The position numbers and the translations under genes were made by a program. This document shows positions 13,656 through 28,120 of a stretch of 64,000 bases of DNA, one piece after another. The stretch comes from Eledone cirrhosa (Eukaryota). Each line of letters opens with the position of its first letter. Position 1 is the stretch's first letter. The stretch lies in contig OZ024760.1 in NCBI GenBank assembly GCA_964016885.1, positions 8,618,001 to 8,682,000 of the forward strand. Reading direction: 5' to 3'. The notes under the pieces are model-generated. The model saw nothing but the letters and a program-made list of their open reading frames with translations, did no database searches and was not told where the DNA came from.

Positions 13656-13842
13656 GGGCGGTGGATTGGCAGTATCGGTGGAGGGTCGGACGCCATGCTT
13701 TCCAGCATAGTTACGTCCCTTTACGATCTGAGTTCAAATCCCGCCGAGGTTGACTTTGTCTTTCATCCTTACGGGGTCGATAAAATAAAGTACCAGTAAT
13801 GCACTGGGGTAATTGCTGGCCTTGTGCCTAAAGTAGAAACAA
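13656..13842 (+). mobile_element. tRNA-derived SINE
   Basis: A-box tggcagtatcgg, B-box gagttcaaatccc, core tttcatccttacggggtcgataaaat, (ATT) tail; 14-bp TSD ttattacctgctga at 13012-13025 and 13843-13856. Confidence 0.92.
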
Positions 13843-14284
13843 TTATTACCTGCTGAATTTCTGAAATGTTTTACATATTTTTACTGTTCCATTAATGGAT
13901 TGTACTTATAACTTCCTAACTAGTTGCGTTCTTTCTATGTCTGTGAATCCCAGCTTCTCAAGATTTGTACTGAGGCAGTTACTAACATATCCCAGTGTCC
14001 CAATAATCACAGGTATAAATCTGAAAGTATAGTCAGGGTGGAGTATCTGTAGCTCTCTTATTAGTTCGACATATATATTCTCCTTTTAATATTATATTGA
14101 CGTATGGAGGGCATTACATCTTGATAGAGGGGAGCTGGGCAGCTAACTTCCACTACTGTGCATGTCTTCTTTTCCCTTTCCCATATCATAATATCTGGTC
14201 TGTTATGTTTGTATTTTATTGGAGTTTTGACTAGAACATTCCACCAGTACTCTTTCATATTATGTATGTTTATGTCCTCAAGAT

Positions 14285-14476
14285 CCCGCGGGCCGCATGC
14301 AGCCCTTTACAAGCACACCTGCGGCCCGTACAAAGGTTTTTACAGCGCGAGCATGTTTTATCTTCGTTGTATTACAAATTAGTTGTAATGTGCGCACCTA
14401 GTTGTCGTATGTGGCCCTCAGACAACATATCTGTGACCCATGTGGCTCTCGGGACACCCTCAGTTTGACATGCCTG
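14285..14476. mobile_element. hAT-type MITE lacking its left TIR
   Basis: 8-bp TSD ctcaagat at 14277-14284 and 14477-14484; right TIR tttgacatgcctg; subterminal cccgcgggccgcatgc. Confidence 0.75.
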
Positions 14477-15221
14477 CTCAAGATCAATGTAACTGTTTAT
14501 ACGTTTATTCTCAGGACTTCGCTTCCTACAGATTGCATTGTATAGTGTATTGGCCAATACATCATGCCTCATAGTAGATAGTATCGTGGCGACATCTTTG
14601 GACAGCTGCTTATGATTTGGGTGACATCTTCGATGTTTATTCGGCAGAGCCTGCATCTGTTGTCACATCTAAGTGTTTTGCCTTCGTGAGAAGTATATCC
14701 TATCCACATCACCATTGCTGTTAAAGTTTCCAGTAACACTGAGTAGCTTGCGAGTTCTTACATCCATCTCACTTAGTTCTTGCAATGACCAGTTCAGCAG
14801 GGCAAGTGTTTGTGTTAGGTTTGGCACAGCAAAAGTATTGTGAGCAAAATGTATTTGTTGTACGCTGAGAGTTCTGACGGCCATATTTTCTTTACTCTCC
14901 TGAGGTATTCAGTTCTGGTTCTCTCCTTATTTATGGGTCCATCATATCTAACATTCTCATCCTGTCCAAGATATCTGTAGTTGTCACCTGACTGTAGAGG
15001 TTGTATTGTCAAGCCGTTCATCTCTAGATTTCCAGAGGAGGGCACAACCCTTCCACGTTATACTGCCAAATATGCATTTGGACTCACCAAATTCCATTCT
15101 GATGTCTGTAGAAAACTGTGTAATGAGGTCCAATTGTTTCTTTTGATATAATTGGTATTTGGTCCATTCAACTTCAGGTCATCAATAAAGAATAGATAGG
15201 AGATATTTCTTTTAGCCATAT

Positions 15222-15307
15222 AGTTTGTTTGTTTGTTTGTTTGTTTGTTTGTACGTATGTATGTGTGGGTATGTATGTGTGGGTATGTGTCTATGTATGT
15301 AAATATT

Positions 15308-15348
<41 letters not shown>

Positions 15349-16103
15349 CACGCAGATACAGACAAACACACACGTCTATATATTTAAAGACGAACGTAAA
15401 TCACAACAAATGTTCCTTAGACATATTTATGTGTATGCGTGTGTGTAATATGAGTGTGTTTCTATGTGTGTATATGTATCTGTGTGCGTTTTATGTGTGT
15501 ATGGGTACTTGTATGTGTTTGTATGCGTGCGTGTGTGTATGTGTGTATGTGTGTATGTATGTGTGTATGTGGTTTTGTGTGTATGCTTTGTGTGTATGTT
15601 TGTGTGTGTTTATGTGTGTATGGTTTTGTGTGTTTGTGTGTGTATGCATCTGGGTGTGTGTGTATGGATCTGTGTATGTATGTGTGTGTATATTTGTATG
15701 TGTGTATGTATGTGTCTGTGTGTATGCGTGCATGTATTTGTGCGTGTATGTTTGTATATAATTGTGTGTATGTATCTGTGTGTATGTGTGTGTAATGTTT
15801 GTATGTGTGTGTGTATGTATCTATGTGTGTGTGTGTAGGTGTGTGTAATGAGTGTATGTGTGTATGTATCTGTGTGTATGTATCTGTGTGTGTGTGTGTA
15901 TGTATCTGTGTGTGTGTGTATGTGTGTAATGAGTGTATGTGTGTATGTATCTGTGTGTGTATATCTCTCTGTGTGTGTGTGTGTGTGTATGTGTAATATG
16001 TGTATGTGTGTGTGTTGTGATTACAACATAGCGGTGAGAAGGAGGGAAACGCCCGTCTTGTGGAATGTGAAACACGTAAATCAATGCGACTTCTTACGAA
16101 ACC

Positions 16104-16178
<75 letters not shown>

Positions 16179-16657
16179 CACATACATAGACATACACACA
16201 TACACATACAGACACACATACAGACACACATACAGACACACATACATAGACGCACCCATACACACACACACACACACACATATATTAATATAGACACATA
16301 CATAGACATACACACACACATACACACACACACACATAAACACACACACACATACAGGCACACATACAGGCACACATATATAGACACATACATAGGCGTA
16401 CCCCCCACATATATATAGACACATACATAGACATACATACACATACACACACACACACACATATATATACATATACATGTAGACACATACATAGACGTAC
16501 CCACACATACATACACACACACATATATATATATATAGACACATGCATAGACATACACACACACATATATACATAGACGCACACACTTGAGCAGACACAC
16601 ACACACATGCTCACACACACACACATATATAGACACATACATAGACGTAACCACACA

Positions 16658-16709
<52 letters not shown>

Positions 16710-17085
16710 CATAAACACATGCATATACATACACAAACACATATATATATATAGACAAATACATACACACACACACACATGCACGCACACACACATACGC
16801 ACACACACACATGCACGCACACATACACACATGCACACACACATACACACGCACACACACACACACATATATATATATAGACATATACATAGACACACAC
16901 ACACATGCACGCACGCACACATACACACACACACACATACACACACACATGCACACACACATGCACACGCACGCACACACATATATATATAGACATATAC
17001 ATAGACACACACACACATGCACGCACACGCACACACATACACACACACACACATACACACACACATACACACACACATGCACACA
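15222..17085. repeat. (TG)n/(CA)n degenerate microsatellite blocks
   Basis: Direct inspection. Confidence 0.95.
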
Positions 17086-17102
17086 CTATCTGCTGTCCTC
17101 AC

Positions 17103-17135
17103 TGTGTCATGAATACCTTGGATGACACAGTGTGT
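17103..17135 (-). CDS. candidate 33-nt exon of an unidentified host gene
   Basis: Unique island with ctccattAG acceptor and GTgagg donor; open as HTVSSKVFMT in phase 2-2. Confidence 0.25.
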
Positions 17136-17659
17136 CTAATGGAGATAGAGGTGGGGCTGGGGTGGTGGTGGTGGTGGTGATAGGGGTTGGGGGTAGGGTG
17201 GTGGTGGTGGTAGTGGGTGGTGGTTGATGGTGGTGGAGTTAGGGGGTGGTGATAGCGGTGGAGGTGGCGTTGGATGTGGGGTGGTGGAGGTGGTGGGTGG
17301 TGTGGTGGTGTTGGGTGTAGGTAGTGGGTGGTGGTGGGTGGTGGAGGAGGTGGTGAGTAGGAGGTGAGAGAAAGGGAGGAGGTGGAGGGGCAGGTGGAAG
17401 AAGTCGAGGGGGAGAGGGGGGAAGGAAAAGAGGACGAAGGATAGGTGTAGGTAGAGTGGCAGTGGTGGTGGTAAGAGATGAGATGAAGATGCTGGATGAG
17501 GGGAATGTGTAGGGGGGGGGGGGGAGAGAATGAGGTGGAGGTGGGAGAAGTGGATGAGAAGTGGAGGAGGGATTTACCCCCCCCTCAGCTACTTGTAGAC
17601 GGCAGAGCACCCTCGACACTTGGAGATCTTTTGGATAATACAACAGAAAGACACCCGAC

Positions 17660-17880
17660 CACATTGGTTGAAGAACCTTGCAATACTTCTCAGGAATCTC
17701 TACACCAAGCGACTCATAGAAAAAACGGAAAGCGTGACGAAGCGTTTGAAATGGAAGGCCTATTTCTTAGAATTACACTTGCTTCCGCTCCTGAGCATAA
17801 GTTCGGATTTAATTCACAAAAAATTCCCCTTAGAACAAGGATATGCTACCCTTTGAAGATTTGTTTCTTGTCTTGAGGAT
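17660..17880 (+). mobile_element. Penelope-like ORF N-terminal remnant
   Basis: LKNLAI..RNLYTKRLIEKTESVTKRLKWKAYF, then frameshifted KFGFNSQKIP, resembling the PLE N-terminal KRMRWKA.F / YGFKS motifs. Confidence 0.7.
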
Positions 17881-17897
17881 TTAAGTCTTTGGAAGTT

Positions 17898-18550
17898 TAA
17901 TATTGGTCAAACGAGGTCTATATTAGTTAAACGAGGTTTATATTGGTCAAACGAGGTTTATATTGGTTAAATGCGGCTTATATTGGTTAAACAAGGACTA
18001 TGTTGGTCAAATGAAGCTTATATTGGCCTGATCAAACGAGACCTATATTGATCAAACGGTGTCTATATTGGACAAACGATGTCTATATTGGGTAAACAAG
18101 GACTATATTGGTCAAAGGAGACCTTTATTGAGTAAACAAGAACTATATTGGTCAAAGGAGACCTTTATTGAGTAAACAAGAACTATATTGGTCAAAGGAG
18201 ACCTTTATTGAGTAAACAAGAACTATATTGGTCAAAGGAGACCTTTATTGAGTAAACAAGAACTATATTGGTCAAAGGAGACCTTTATTGAGTAAACAAG
18301 AACTATATTGGTCAAAGGAGACCTTTATTGAGTAAACAAGAACTATATTGGTCAAAGGAGACCTTTATTGAGTAAACAAGAACTATATTGGTCAAAGGAG
18401 ACCTTTATTGAGTAAACAAGAACTATATTGGCCAAATGTGGTTTATATTGGCCAAACAAGGTCTATATTGGTCAAAAGAGACCTATAGTGATCTAACGAG
18501 ACCTGTATTAGTCAAACGATGTCTATATTGATTAAATGACGCCTATATTT
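17898..18550. repeat. 20-bp minisatellite with a homogenised 40-bp dimer core (~18101-18430)
   Basis: Monomer ~tatattggtcaaacgaggtt; dimer aactatattggtcaaaggagacctttattgagtaaacaag x ~8. Confidence 0.95.
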
Positions 18551-19034
18551 TAAGATTTAAACACCTGTAAGCACAGCAAAGATTATATACAATATTTTTC
18601 TTTCTTTTCCCATTATTGCTTCTTCCTTATACAAGTTGGGAGTACTAATGCTGATGTAGCCGTCGGTGAAGTCCACCATTCATCGTCAAAGTAAACAATA
18701 TATTCTACTTCTTACAGAGTAGAAATTCATTTTAGCAAAACCACAAAAATTATGTGTTGAAGCTCAATCTTCTTATGCTGACAGGCATTGTGTATATCTA
18801 TCTATTTTAATTTTAGTGCATGAAGGACCCATAAAACCTGGTACCCCGGCCACACCCTAGGCAGGGACAGCCTTTTTCGAACAATGGGCCGCATAGGATG
18901 TGACTCATCATAAAGCATTACTAAAAAATTCAAGGCAATTTTGAAATTAGGCATGCCATTCAGAAAGCGATACAGACCGAAGTTTGCCCATGACTGGTGT
19001 AAACCAGCCCTGTGTATATATATGTCTATATATC

Positions 19035-19180
19035 TGTAGACCCCGAGCAAGATGGATAACATCTATAAGCTTGGCTGGTCACGCTTGGAGATCCAGCCGG
19101 ATTAGTTGGAGACGGTTGCTTTTAACAGGACCCGCTGGAAGAATTGTTTGAGGACTCTGCACCCATCGCCCTCTCAGGAT
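19035..19180 (+). mobile_element. RTE LINE 3' fragment
   Basis: agaccccgagcaagatggataacatctataagcttggctgg resembles the 4130-4220 element; continues ..NRTRWKNCLRTLHP. Confidence 0.7.
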
Positions 19181-19376
19181 ATGTGTATTTGTGAGTGTGT
19201 ATGTATGGCCCCATAACTCCTGATGGAGTCGTAGGGGCGCCATATTGACATACGATGTTTCTTGGGCATTACAAGCCTGGCGGAGCCCATCCCTTCCCAG
19301 GCCTGAGTGCAGCAGATTTCTTCCAGAGAAAATTAGAAAGTGACAGAGAGGCAATGAGAAAGAAATATAGAAGAAG

Positions 19377-20050
19377 AATCGACCCGAGTACTTCACTGGT
19401 ACTCTTCTTTTATCGACCTTGAAAGGATGAAAGGCAAAGTTGACTTCGACTGGATTTGAACTCAGAGAGCAGAGAACCGGAACGAATACCATAAAGCGTT
19501 CTTTCCGACGCTCTAACGACTCTGCCAATTCACTGTAAGGATGAAAGGCGAAGTTAACCTCGGCGGGATTTGAACTCAGACCGTAAAGGGACGTAACTAT
19601 ACTGCAAAGTATGGCGTCCGACCCTCTACCGATACTGCCAATCGCCGCCCATATATATATGTATTGTTTCTACTTTTGGCACAAGGCCAGCAATTACCCA
19701 GTGCATTACTGGTACTTTATTTTATCGACCCCGTAAGGATGAAAGGCAAAGTTAACCTCGGCGGCATTTGAACTCAGAATGGCAAGGGCCGTAACTCTAT
19801 GCGTCAAAGCATGGCGTCCGACCCTCTACCGATACTGCCAATCCACCACCCATATATATGTGTATAATTATGAAGACCGGTAGAGGGTTGGACACCATGC
19901 TTTCTAGCATAGTGTTACGTCCCTTTACGGTCTGAGTTCAAATCCCGCCGAGGTTAACTTTGCCTTTCATCCTTACGGGGTCGATAAAATAAAGTACCAG
20001 TAATGCACTGGGTTAATTGCTGGCCTTGTGCCTAAAGTAGAAACAATTAT
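19377..20050. mobile_element. cluster of four SINEs (19377-19535 -, 19536-19650 -, 19664-19851 -, 19877-20050 +)
   Basis: Each has A-box and/or B-box plus the gcctttcatcctt core; the first is a diverged subfamily. Confidence 0.9.
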
Positions 20051-20102
20051 AAAGACCAGTTACTGCATCGGTGCCATACCAGGACTTGAGTACCTCTATT
20101 CC

Positions 20103-20110
20103 TCTCACCC

Positions 20111-20145
<35 letters not shown>

Positions 20146-20189
20146 GTACTCTGCTGCACACCTCTACCACCAACACCTCCATAATTCAC

Positions 20190-20231
<42 letters not shown>

Positions 20232-20279
20232 CTCTACTCCACACCTCTACCACCAACACCCCCCTAATTCACTCTCTCT

Positions 20280-20311
<32 letters not shown>

Positions 20312-20411
20312 GTACTCTGCTCCACACCTCTACCACCAGCACCCCCTTAATTCACTCTCTCTCTTTCTCTTTGTACTCTACTCCACACCTCTACCACCAA
20401 CACCCCCCTAA

Positions 20412-20474
<63 letters not shown>

Positions 20475-20875
20475 CTCTGCTCCACACCTCTACCACCAAC
20501 ACCCCCTAATTCACTCTCTCTCTCTCTCTTTGTACTCTACTCCACACCTCTACCACCAACACCCCCCTAATTCACTCTCTCTCTCTCTCTCTGTACTCTG
20601 CTCCACACCTCTACCACCAACACCCCCCTAACTCACTCTCTCTCTCTCTCTTTGTACTCTACTCCACACCTCTACCACCAACACCCCCCTAATTCACTCT
20701 CTCTCTCTCTCTCTCTCTGTACTCTGCTGCACACCTCTACCACCAACACCCCCCTAATTCACTCTCTCTCTCTCTCTGTACTCTACTCCACACCTCTACC
20801 ACCAACACCCCCCTAATTCACTCTCTCTCTCTCTCTGTACTCTACTCCACACCTCTACCACCAACACCCCCCTAA

Positions 20876-20950
<75 letters not shown>

Positions 20951-21700
20951 CTCTGCTCCACACCTCTACCACCAGCACCCCCCTAATTCACTCTCTCTCT
21001 CTCTCTTTGTACTCTACTCCACACCTCTACCACCAATACCCCCTAATTCTCTCTCTCTCTCTCTCTCTCTCTCTGTACTCTGCTCCACACCTCTACCACC
21101 AACACCCCCCCTAATTCACTCTCTCTCTCTGTACTCTGCTCCACACCTCTACCACCAACACCCCCCCTAATTCACTCTCTCTCTGTACTCTACTCCACAC
21201 CTCTACCACCAACACCCCCCCTAATTCACTCTCTCTCTCTCTCTCTCTCTGTACTCTGCTCCACACCTCTACCACCAACACCCCCCCTAATTCACTCTCT
21301 CTCTCTCTCTCTCTCTGTACTCTACTCCACACCTCTACCACCAACACCCCCCCTAATTCACTCTCTCTCTCTCTCTCTCTCTGTACTCTGCTCCACACCT
21401 CTACCACCAACACCCCCCCTAATTCACTCTCTCTCTCTCTCTCTCTCTGTACTCTACTCCACACCTCTACCACCAACAACCCCCCTAATTCACTCTCTCT
21501 CTCTGTACTCTGCTCCACACCTCTACCACCAACACCCCCCCTAATTCACTCTCTCTCTGTACTCTACTCCACACCTCTACCACCAACACCCCCCCTAATT
21601 CACTCTCTCTCTCTCTCTCTCTCTGTACTCTGCTCCACACCTCTACCACCAACACCCCCCTAATTCACTCTCTCTCACCCACTCACTCTCTCTCTCTATA
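20103..21700. repeat. pyrimidine-rich minisatellite: tgtactct(g/a)ctccacacctctaccaccaacaccccctaattca + (CT)n
   Basis: About 25 units with variable (CT)n length. Confidence 0.95.
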
Positions 21701-21770
21701 TATATATCTCTGTATTCTGCTGCACCACCACCTCCCCTATTCTCTCTCTCTCTCGTTCTCTCTTTCTCAC

Positions 21771-21938
21771 TCTTGTTGTTGTTGTTCCTCTTCTTCTTCT
21801 TCTTCTTCTTCTTCTTCTTCTTCTTCTTCTTCTTCTTCTTCTTCTTCTTCATCTTCATCTTCTCCTCCTCCTTCTAGATGTTCTCCCAACAATGTTAAGC
21901 TCCAATTAATGAGATGATGTAACTGGAGAGTTGAAAGC
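21771..21938 (-). CDS. candidate 168-nt exon with a poly-Glu tract
   Basis: tttatgacAG ... GTgaga; single open frame LSTLQLHHLINWSLTLLGEHLEGGGEDEDE(n)QQQQ; phase 2-2. Confidence 0.35.
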
Positions 21939-21963
21939 CTGTCATAAATTCGGTGCCACTTCA

Positions 21964-22560
21964 GTGGTGGTGGTGTTGGTAGGTGGTGGAGGTGGTAGTG
22001 GTGGTAGTGGTGGTAGTGGTGGTGTTGGTAGTAGTGGTGGTGGTGTTGGTAGTGGTGTTGGTGGTGTTGGTAGTGGTGGTGTTGGTAGTGGTGTTAGTGG
22101 TGGTGGAGGTGGTGGTGTTGGTAGTGGTGGTAGTGGTGGTGTTGGTAGTAGTGGTGGTGGTGTTGGTAGTGGTGTTAGTGGTGGTGGAGGTGGTAGTGTT
22201 GTTGGTGGTGGTGTTAGTGGTGTAGGTGGTGGTGGTGTTGTTGGTGGTGGTGTTAGTGGTGTAGGTGGTGGTGGTGTTGGTGGTGTTGGTGTTGGTGTTG
22301 TTGGTGGTGTTGGTGGTGGTGTTAGTGGTGTTGGTGGTGGAGGTGGTAGTGTTGTTGGTGGTGGTGTTAGTGGTGTAGGTGGTGGTGGTGGTAGTGTTGG
22401 TGGTGTTGGTGTTGTTGGTGGTGTTGGTGGTGGTGTTAGTGGTGGTGGTGGTGGAGGTGGTAGTGTTGTTGGTGGTGGTGTTAGTGGTGTAGGTGGTGGT
22501 GGTGGTAGTGTTGGTGGTGTTGGTGGTGTTGGTGTTGGTGGTGGTGTCGGTGGTGGCGGC
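21964..22560. repeat. (GGT/GTT/AGT)n trinucleotide array
   Basis: Direct inspection. Confidence 0.95.
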
Positions 22561-22774
22561 GGCAGGTGCTACTTCCAGTGGTGGTGGTAGTGGGGACGGG
22601 GAGAGCTCTGTGTGGAGTTGTGTAACACACGAGGAAGCAATGATCTGCTGTTGCTGTCTTCTCTATTGCGGACACGTGGGATGTCATAATATGAGGGGTC
22701 ACTTCCGGTTATTGCCACAAAATAACTTTAACATGACAGCTGTTTCGTTGTTGCTGTTGTTGTTGTGGTGCTGG

Positions 22775-24510
<1,736 letters not shown>

Positions 24511-24511
24511 T

Positions 24512-24998
24512 CAAAGGGCAAAGGAGCTCTTAAGAGTCAATGGCCATCCAAAATCACCGGGAGAGATGACCCCTTTAGCCTTAGTCAAGGCAGAATTCTA
24601 GGAGAAGGAAAACTCTGATATAACACCTGCAACCCTGATGGTATCCAATGATGTTGACTTGTTCTTCTTTTTGGTAAATAGCATCTTGGTTAAGAGAGTG
24701 GGACTGGCTTTGTGCAGTGCCTTTGCTCACTATAAAAGCTTCACGGCACAGGCATTGCTTTATATCTGGAGATCTCTCTGCACTTGTCCTCACATGGGCC
24801 CAGCACTATGTGTCAATAATTGTCCTACCATGGGCCTAGCACTATGTGTCAATGATTGTCACAGGTGTAGTGTTTGTACCAGAGGTTTCAAGTCGCTGGC
24901 TGGACTAAAAAGTCACACTCGTTCAGCGCTTCGGTAGGGGTTATCCTACATGGATGTAAAGTAGTGGCCGTACTCGAAAACGAGTTGGCAGCCACCAT
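24512..24998 (+). mobile_element. RTE-like LINE 3' end with C2H2-type finger
   Basis: [20 protein letters not shown]; ends ctcgaaaacgagttggcagccaccat followed by (AT)n; second copy at 38127-38425. Confidence 0.75.
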
Positions 24999-25030
24999 AT
25001 ATATATGTATATATATGTATATATATATGT

Positions 25031-25070
<40 letters not shown>

Positions 25071-25084
25071 GTATATATATGTAT

Positions 25085-25124
<40 letters not shown>

Positions 25125-25229
25125 GTATATATATGTATATATATATATATGTATGTATATATATGTATATATATGTATATATATATATATGTATATATAT
25201 ATATGTATGTATATATATGTATATATATG

Positions 25230-25260
<31 letters not shown>

Positions 25261-25325
25261 GTATATATATGTATGTATATATATGTATATATATATATCT
25301 GTATGTATATATATATATATGTATG

Positions 25326-25361
<36 letters not shown>

Positions 25362-25369
25362 TATGTATG

Positions 25370-25418
<49 letters not shown>

Positions 25419-25435
25419 GTATATATGTATATATG

Positions 25436-25466
<31 letters not shown>

Positions 25467-25475
25467 GTATATATG

Positions 25476-25506
<31 letters not shown>

Positions 25507-25527
25507 GTATATATATATATATGTATG

Positions 25528-25562
<35 letters not shown>

Positions 25563-25611
25563 GTATATATATATATGTATATATATATATGTATATATAT
25601 ATATATGTATG

Positions 25612-25646
<35 letters not shown>

Positions 25647-25665
25647 GTATATATATATATATGTG

Positions 25666-25700
<35 letters not shown>

Positions 25701-25749
25701 GTGTATATATATATATGTATATATATATATGTATATATATATATATGTG

Positions 25750-25784
<35 letters not shown>

Positions 25785-25972
25785 GTGTATATATATATAT
25801 GTATATATGTGTATATATATATGTATATATATATGTATATATGTGTATATATATATGTATATATGTGTATATATATATGTATATATGTATATATATATGT
25901 GTATATATATATGTATATATGTATACTTTCGAACGTATACTTTCGAACGTTCAACTATCTGGCAGATGGGTA

Positions 25973-26017
25973 AACGGTGCTGATGATAGCTAACAAGCTT
26001 GAAACTAGTACATCGTT
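25973..26017 (+). ncRNA. minimal type I hammerhead ribozyme (PLE-type)
   Basis: aacggtg-CTGATGA-tagc taacaa gctt-GAAA-ctag-TA-catcgtt: 7-bp stem I and palindromic stem III; first stem II pair is a U-U mismatch. Confidence 0.8.
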
Positions 26018-26378
26018 CCTGTGTCAGTGTTGAACAAAAAGGTGACGTGGTTGCCTTAACACCGTATGGCATAAATTCAGGCTATTCAGTTTGTTTACAA
26101 ACGAACAAAGCGACGTTATAATAAGCGCCGCTAAACTGATACGTGCATATATGTATGTGTACCTGTATGCATATGTATGTATATATGTATATATATATAT
26201 ATATGTGCATGCTACTGTACGTCTGTATACATATATGTATGTACGTATACATGCACACTTACATTTAAGTAAGTGCCATACTAAGAGTGAGAAATGAAAT
26301 TTCGTTTTCATTTTGTTTCAATTTATATATATACACATATATACATATATATACATATATATACATATATATATATAC

Positions 26379-26422
<44 letters not shown>

Positions 26423-26638
26423 GAAGTATTTCCGTCGGAATATAACTAAATATATATAATATATTATAACTAAATATATATATATATATATATATCATAA
26501 TAAAACTCAAGCATCAAGTAACAATCATTATGTGCGAGATTTTTCTTGGAAATAGTAATTTGATTACTTCCTCCCTACCTCTCTCTCCCTCTCCTTCATA
26601 CACACGTAGTGTTGATAGGATAATCTGTGGTATAACAG

Positions 26639-26702
<64 letters not shown>

Positions 26703-26704
26703 AA

Positions 26705-27580
26705 TGTCGGGATACATTTATGTGTGTGCAGGTATGGATGTTATTGTATGTGAAGATTAGATTATCATGCAGGGAGTATCTTTCAAGGAGCTCCTTCCCA
26801 ACTTTCACGATCTTATCTGTCTCATGCAGACAGACTTGCCCAATAGATGGGCTCCTAGGCTTCGAGCTTCGTAGATGATGTCGAGGGGGATATGATGGGA
26901 CACTCAAATGCTGCCTGGACTGATGTTAGGCCTCTGTCTCCCTACTTACATTTCAAGTAGAGGCGGTCTATGTCAATGTTGATGTGGAAGTTTCCGGTGT
27001 TGTTTAGAATTTTTCGAGTCCTAACATCAATTGCTCGGATCTCGTCTATCATCCAATCGAGTATTCCAAAAGTTGGTGTTAGGACAGGCACAACAAACAC
27101 ATCTTCAGCCACTGTTTTATTGTGCGCAGAGAGTTCCGATGACCATATTTTTCTTAATCGGGTGTAATATTCCCTGGTTACACGTTCCTTGTACAAATAC
27201 CATTATAGGATATGTTCCCATCTCTCCCAAGGTATAGTATGTATGTATGTAATGTATGTATGTAATGTATGTATGTAATGTATGTATGTTATGTATGTAA
27301 TGTATGTATGTATGTCTGTATGTATGTTCTTCTGGTTTTATAATTCCACAAATCTTTGCCAATTAAGAGTCGTTTTCTAACATAGACACAAGACTCTCTC
27401 ATTGGAATTTACACAACATCAACTAGGTATATATGTATGTATGTCTGCATGCATGCATGTGTAGATATGGATGTTATTGTATGTGTGGATGTGTATGGTT
27501 TGAGTTGTATGTGTGCATGTGTATATGCTTTGTATCTGTACAAGTGTATATGCAGTTATTAGATGCAACATTTTTGGAAT
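26705..27580 (-). mobile_element. R4/Dong-like fragments (RT region 26750-27235; 3' UTR 27380-27580)
   Basis: KERVTREYYTRLRKIWSSELSAHNK...VPVLTPTFGILDW...DVRTRKIL...DIDRLY; related to 12810-15222. Confidence 0.85.
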
Positions 27581-27709
27581 GTATGTAATGTATGTATGTA
27601 TGTATGTATGTACGTATGCATGTATGTATGTATGTATGTATGTATGCATGCATGCATGTATGTGTGAGTGTGTATGTGTGAGTGTATATGTGTGTGTATA
27701 TGTGTGTTT

Positions 27710-27885
27710 GGGTGGTTCTATCTACGGGGGTGTAAGACAACCACGTAGTAACGTTTCCCCCCTATTGGAGATTTCGATTGTTAAATTTGTTTGTTTCAAT
27801 ATTTTTACCCGACTGTATGTAAAATCCCCGGCATGTGTCTTTGTTTTGCCCCCTTTTCTTGTGCGCCCTTGTGGCAAATAAAGAA

Positions 27886-27886
<1 letters not shown>
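27710..27886 (+). mobile_element. Tx1-like LINE 3' UTR fragment
   Basis: Similar to 28955-29133; ends gtggcaaataaagaaa followed by (TCTA)n. Confidence 0.85.
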
Positions 27887-27975
<89 letters not shown>

Positions 27976-28001
27976 GCAGATAAACAGATATATAGATCTA
28001 T

Positions 28002-28051
<50 letters not shown>

Positions 28052-28120
28052 ATATGTATATCTATAATGCATACACACACATTCACTGATATATATACAC
28101 ACACACACGCACACGCTCAC

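Larger units (their letters stand above)
12810..15222 (-). mobile_element. R4/Dong-like RLE-type non-LTR retrotransposon remnant, interrupted by a SINE, a MITE and a 30-bp insertion
   Basis: ISYLFFIDDLKL (RT), YRYLGQDEN..EYLRRVKKIW..ELSAYNK, DVDRIY, RHD, HNRPDIMIWE..VVEVSCP (RLE), IPVIIGTLG; 3' UTR 12810-13025 resembles 27380-27580. Confidence 0.85.

Noticed and set aside
13656-13745. tRNA gene
   Set aside because: A/B boxes are present but no cloverleaf is evident, and the sequence continues into SINE core and tail in many copies
12929-13799. 244/259-aa repeat proteins
   Set aside because: Translation of the 45-bp SINE-head array
20103-21700. Constant repeat with variable spacers resembling CRISPR (also 11515-12740 and 50575-52329)
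   Set aside because: The spacers are only (CT)n or GA-rich length variants, not unique sequences
22575-22725. Exon encoding a YYDIPR-containing peptide
   Set aside because: Every frame has a nearby stop and splice signals are weak, so no frame can be chosen
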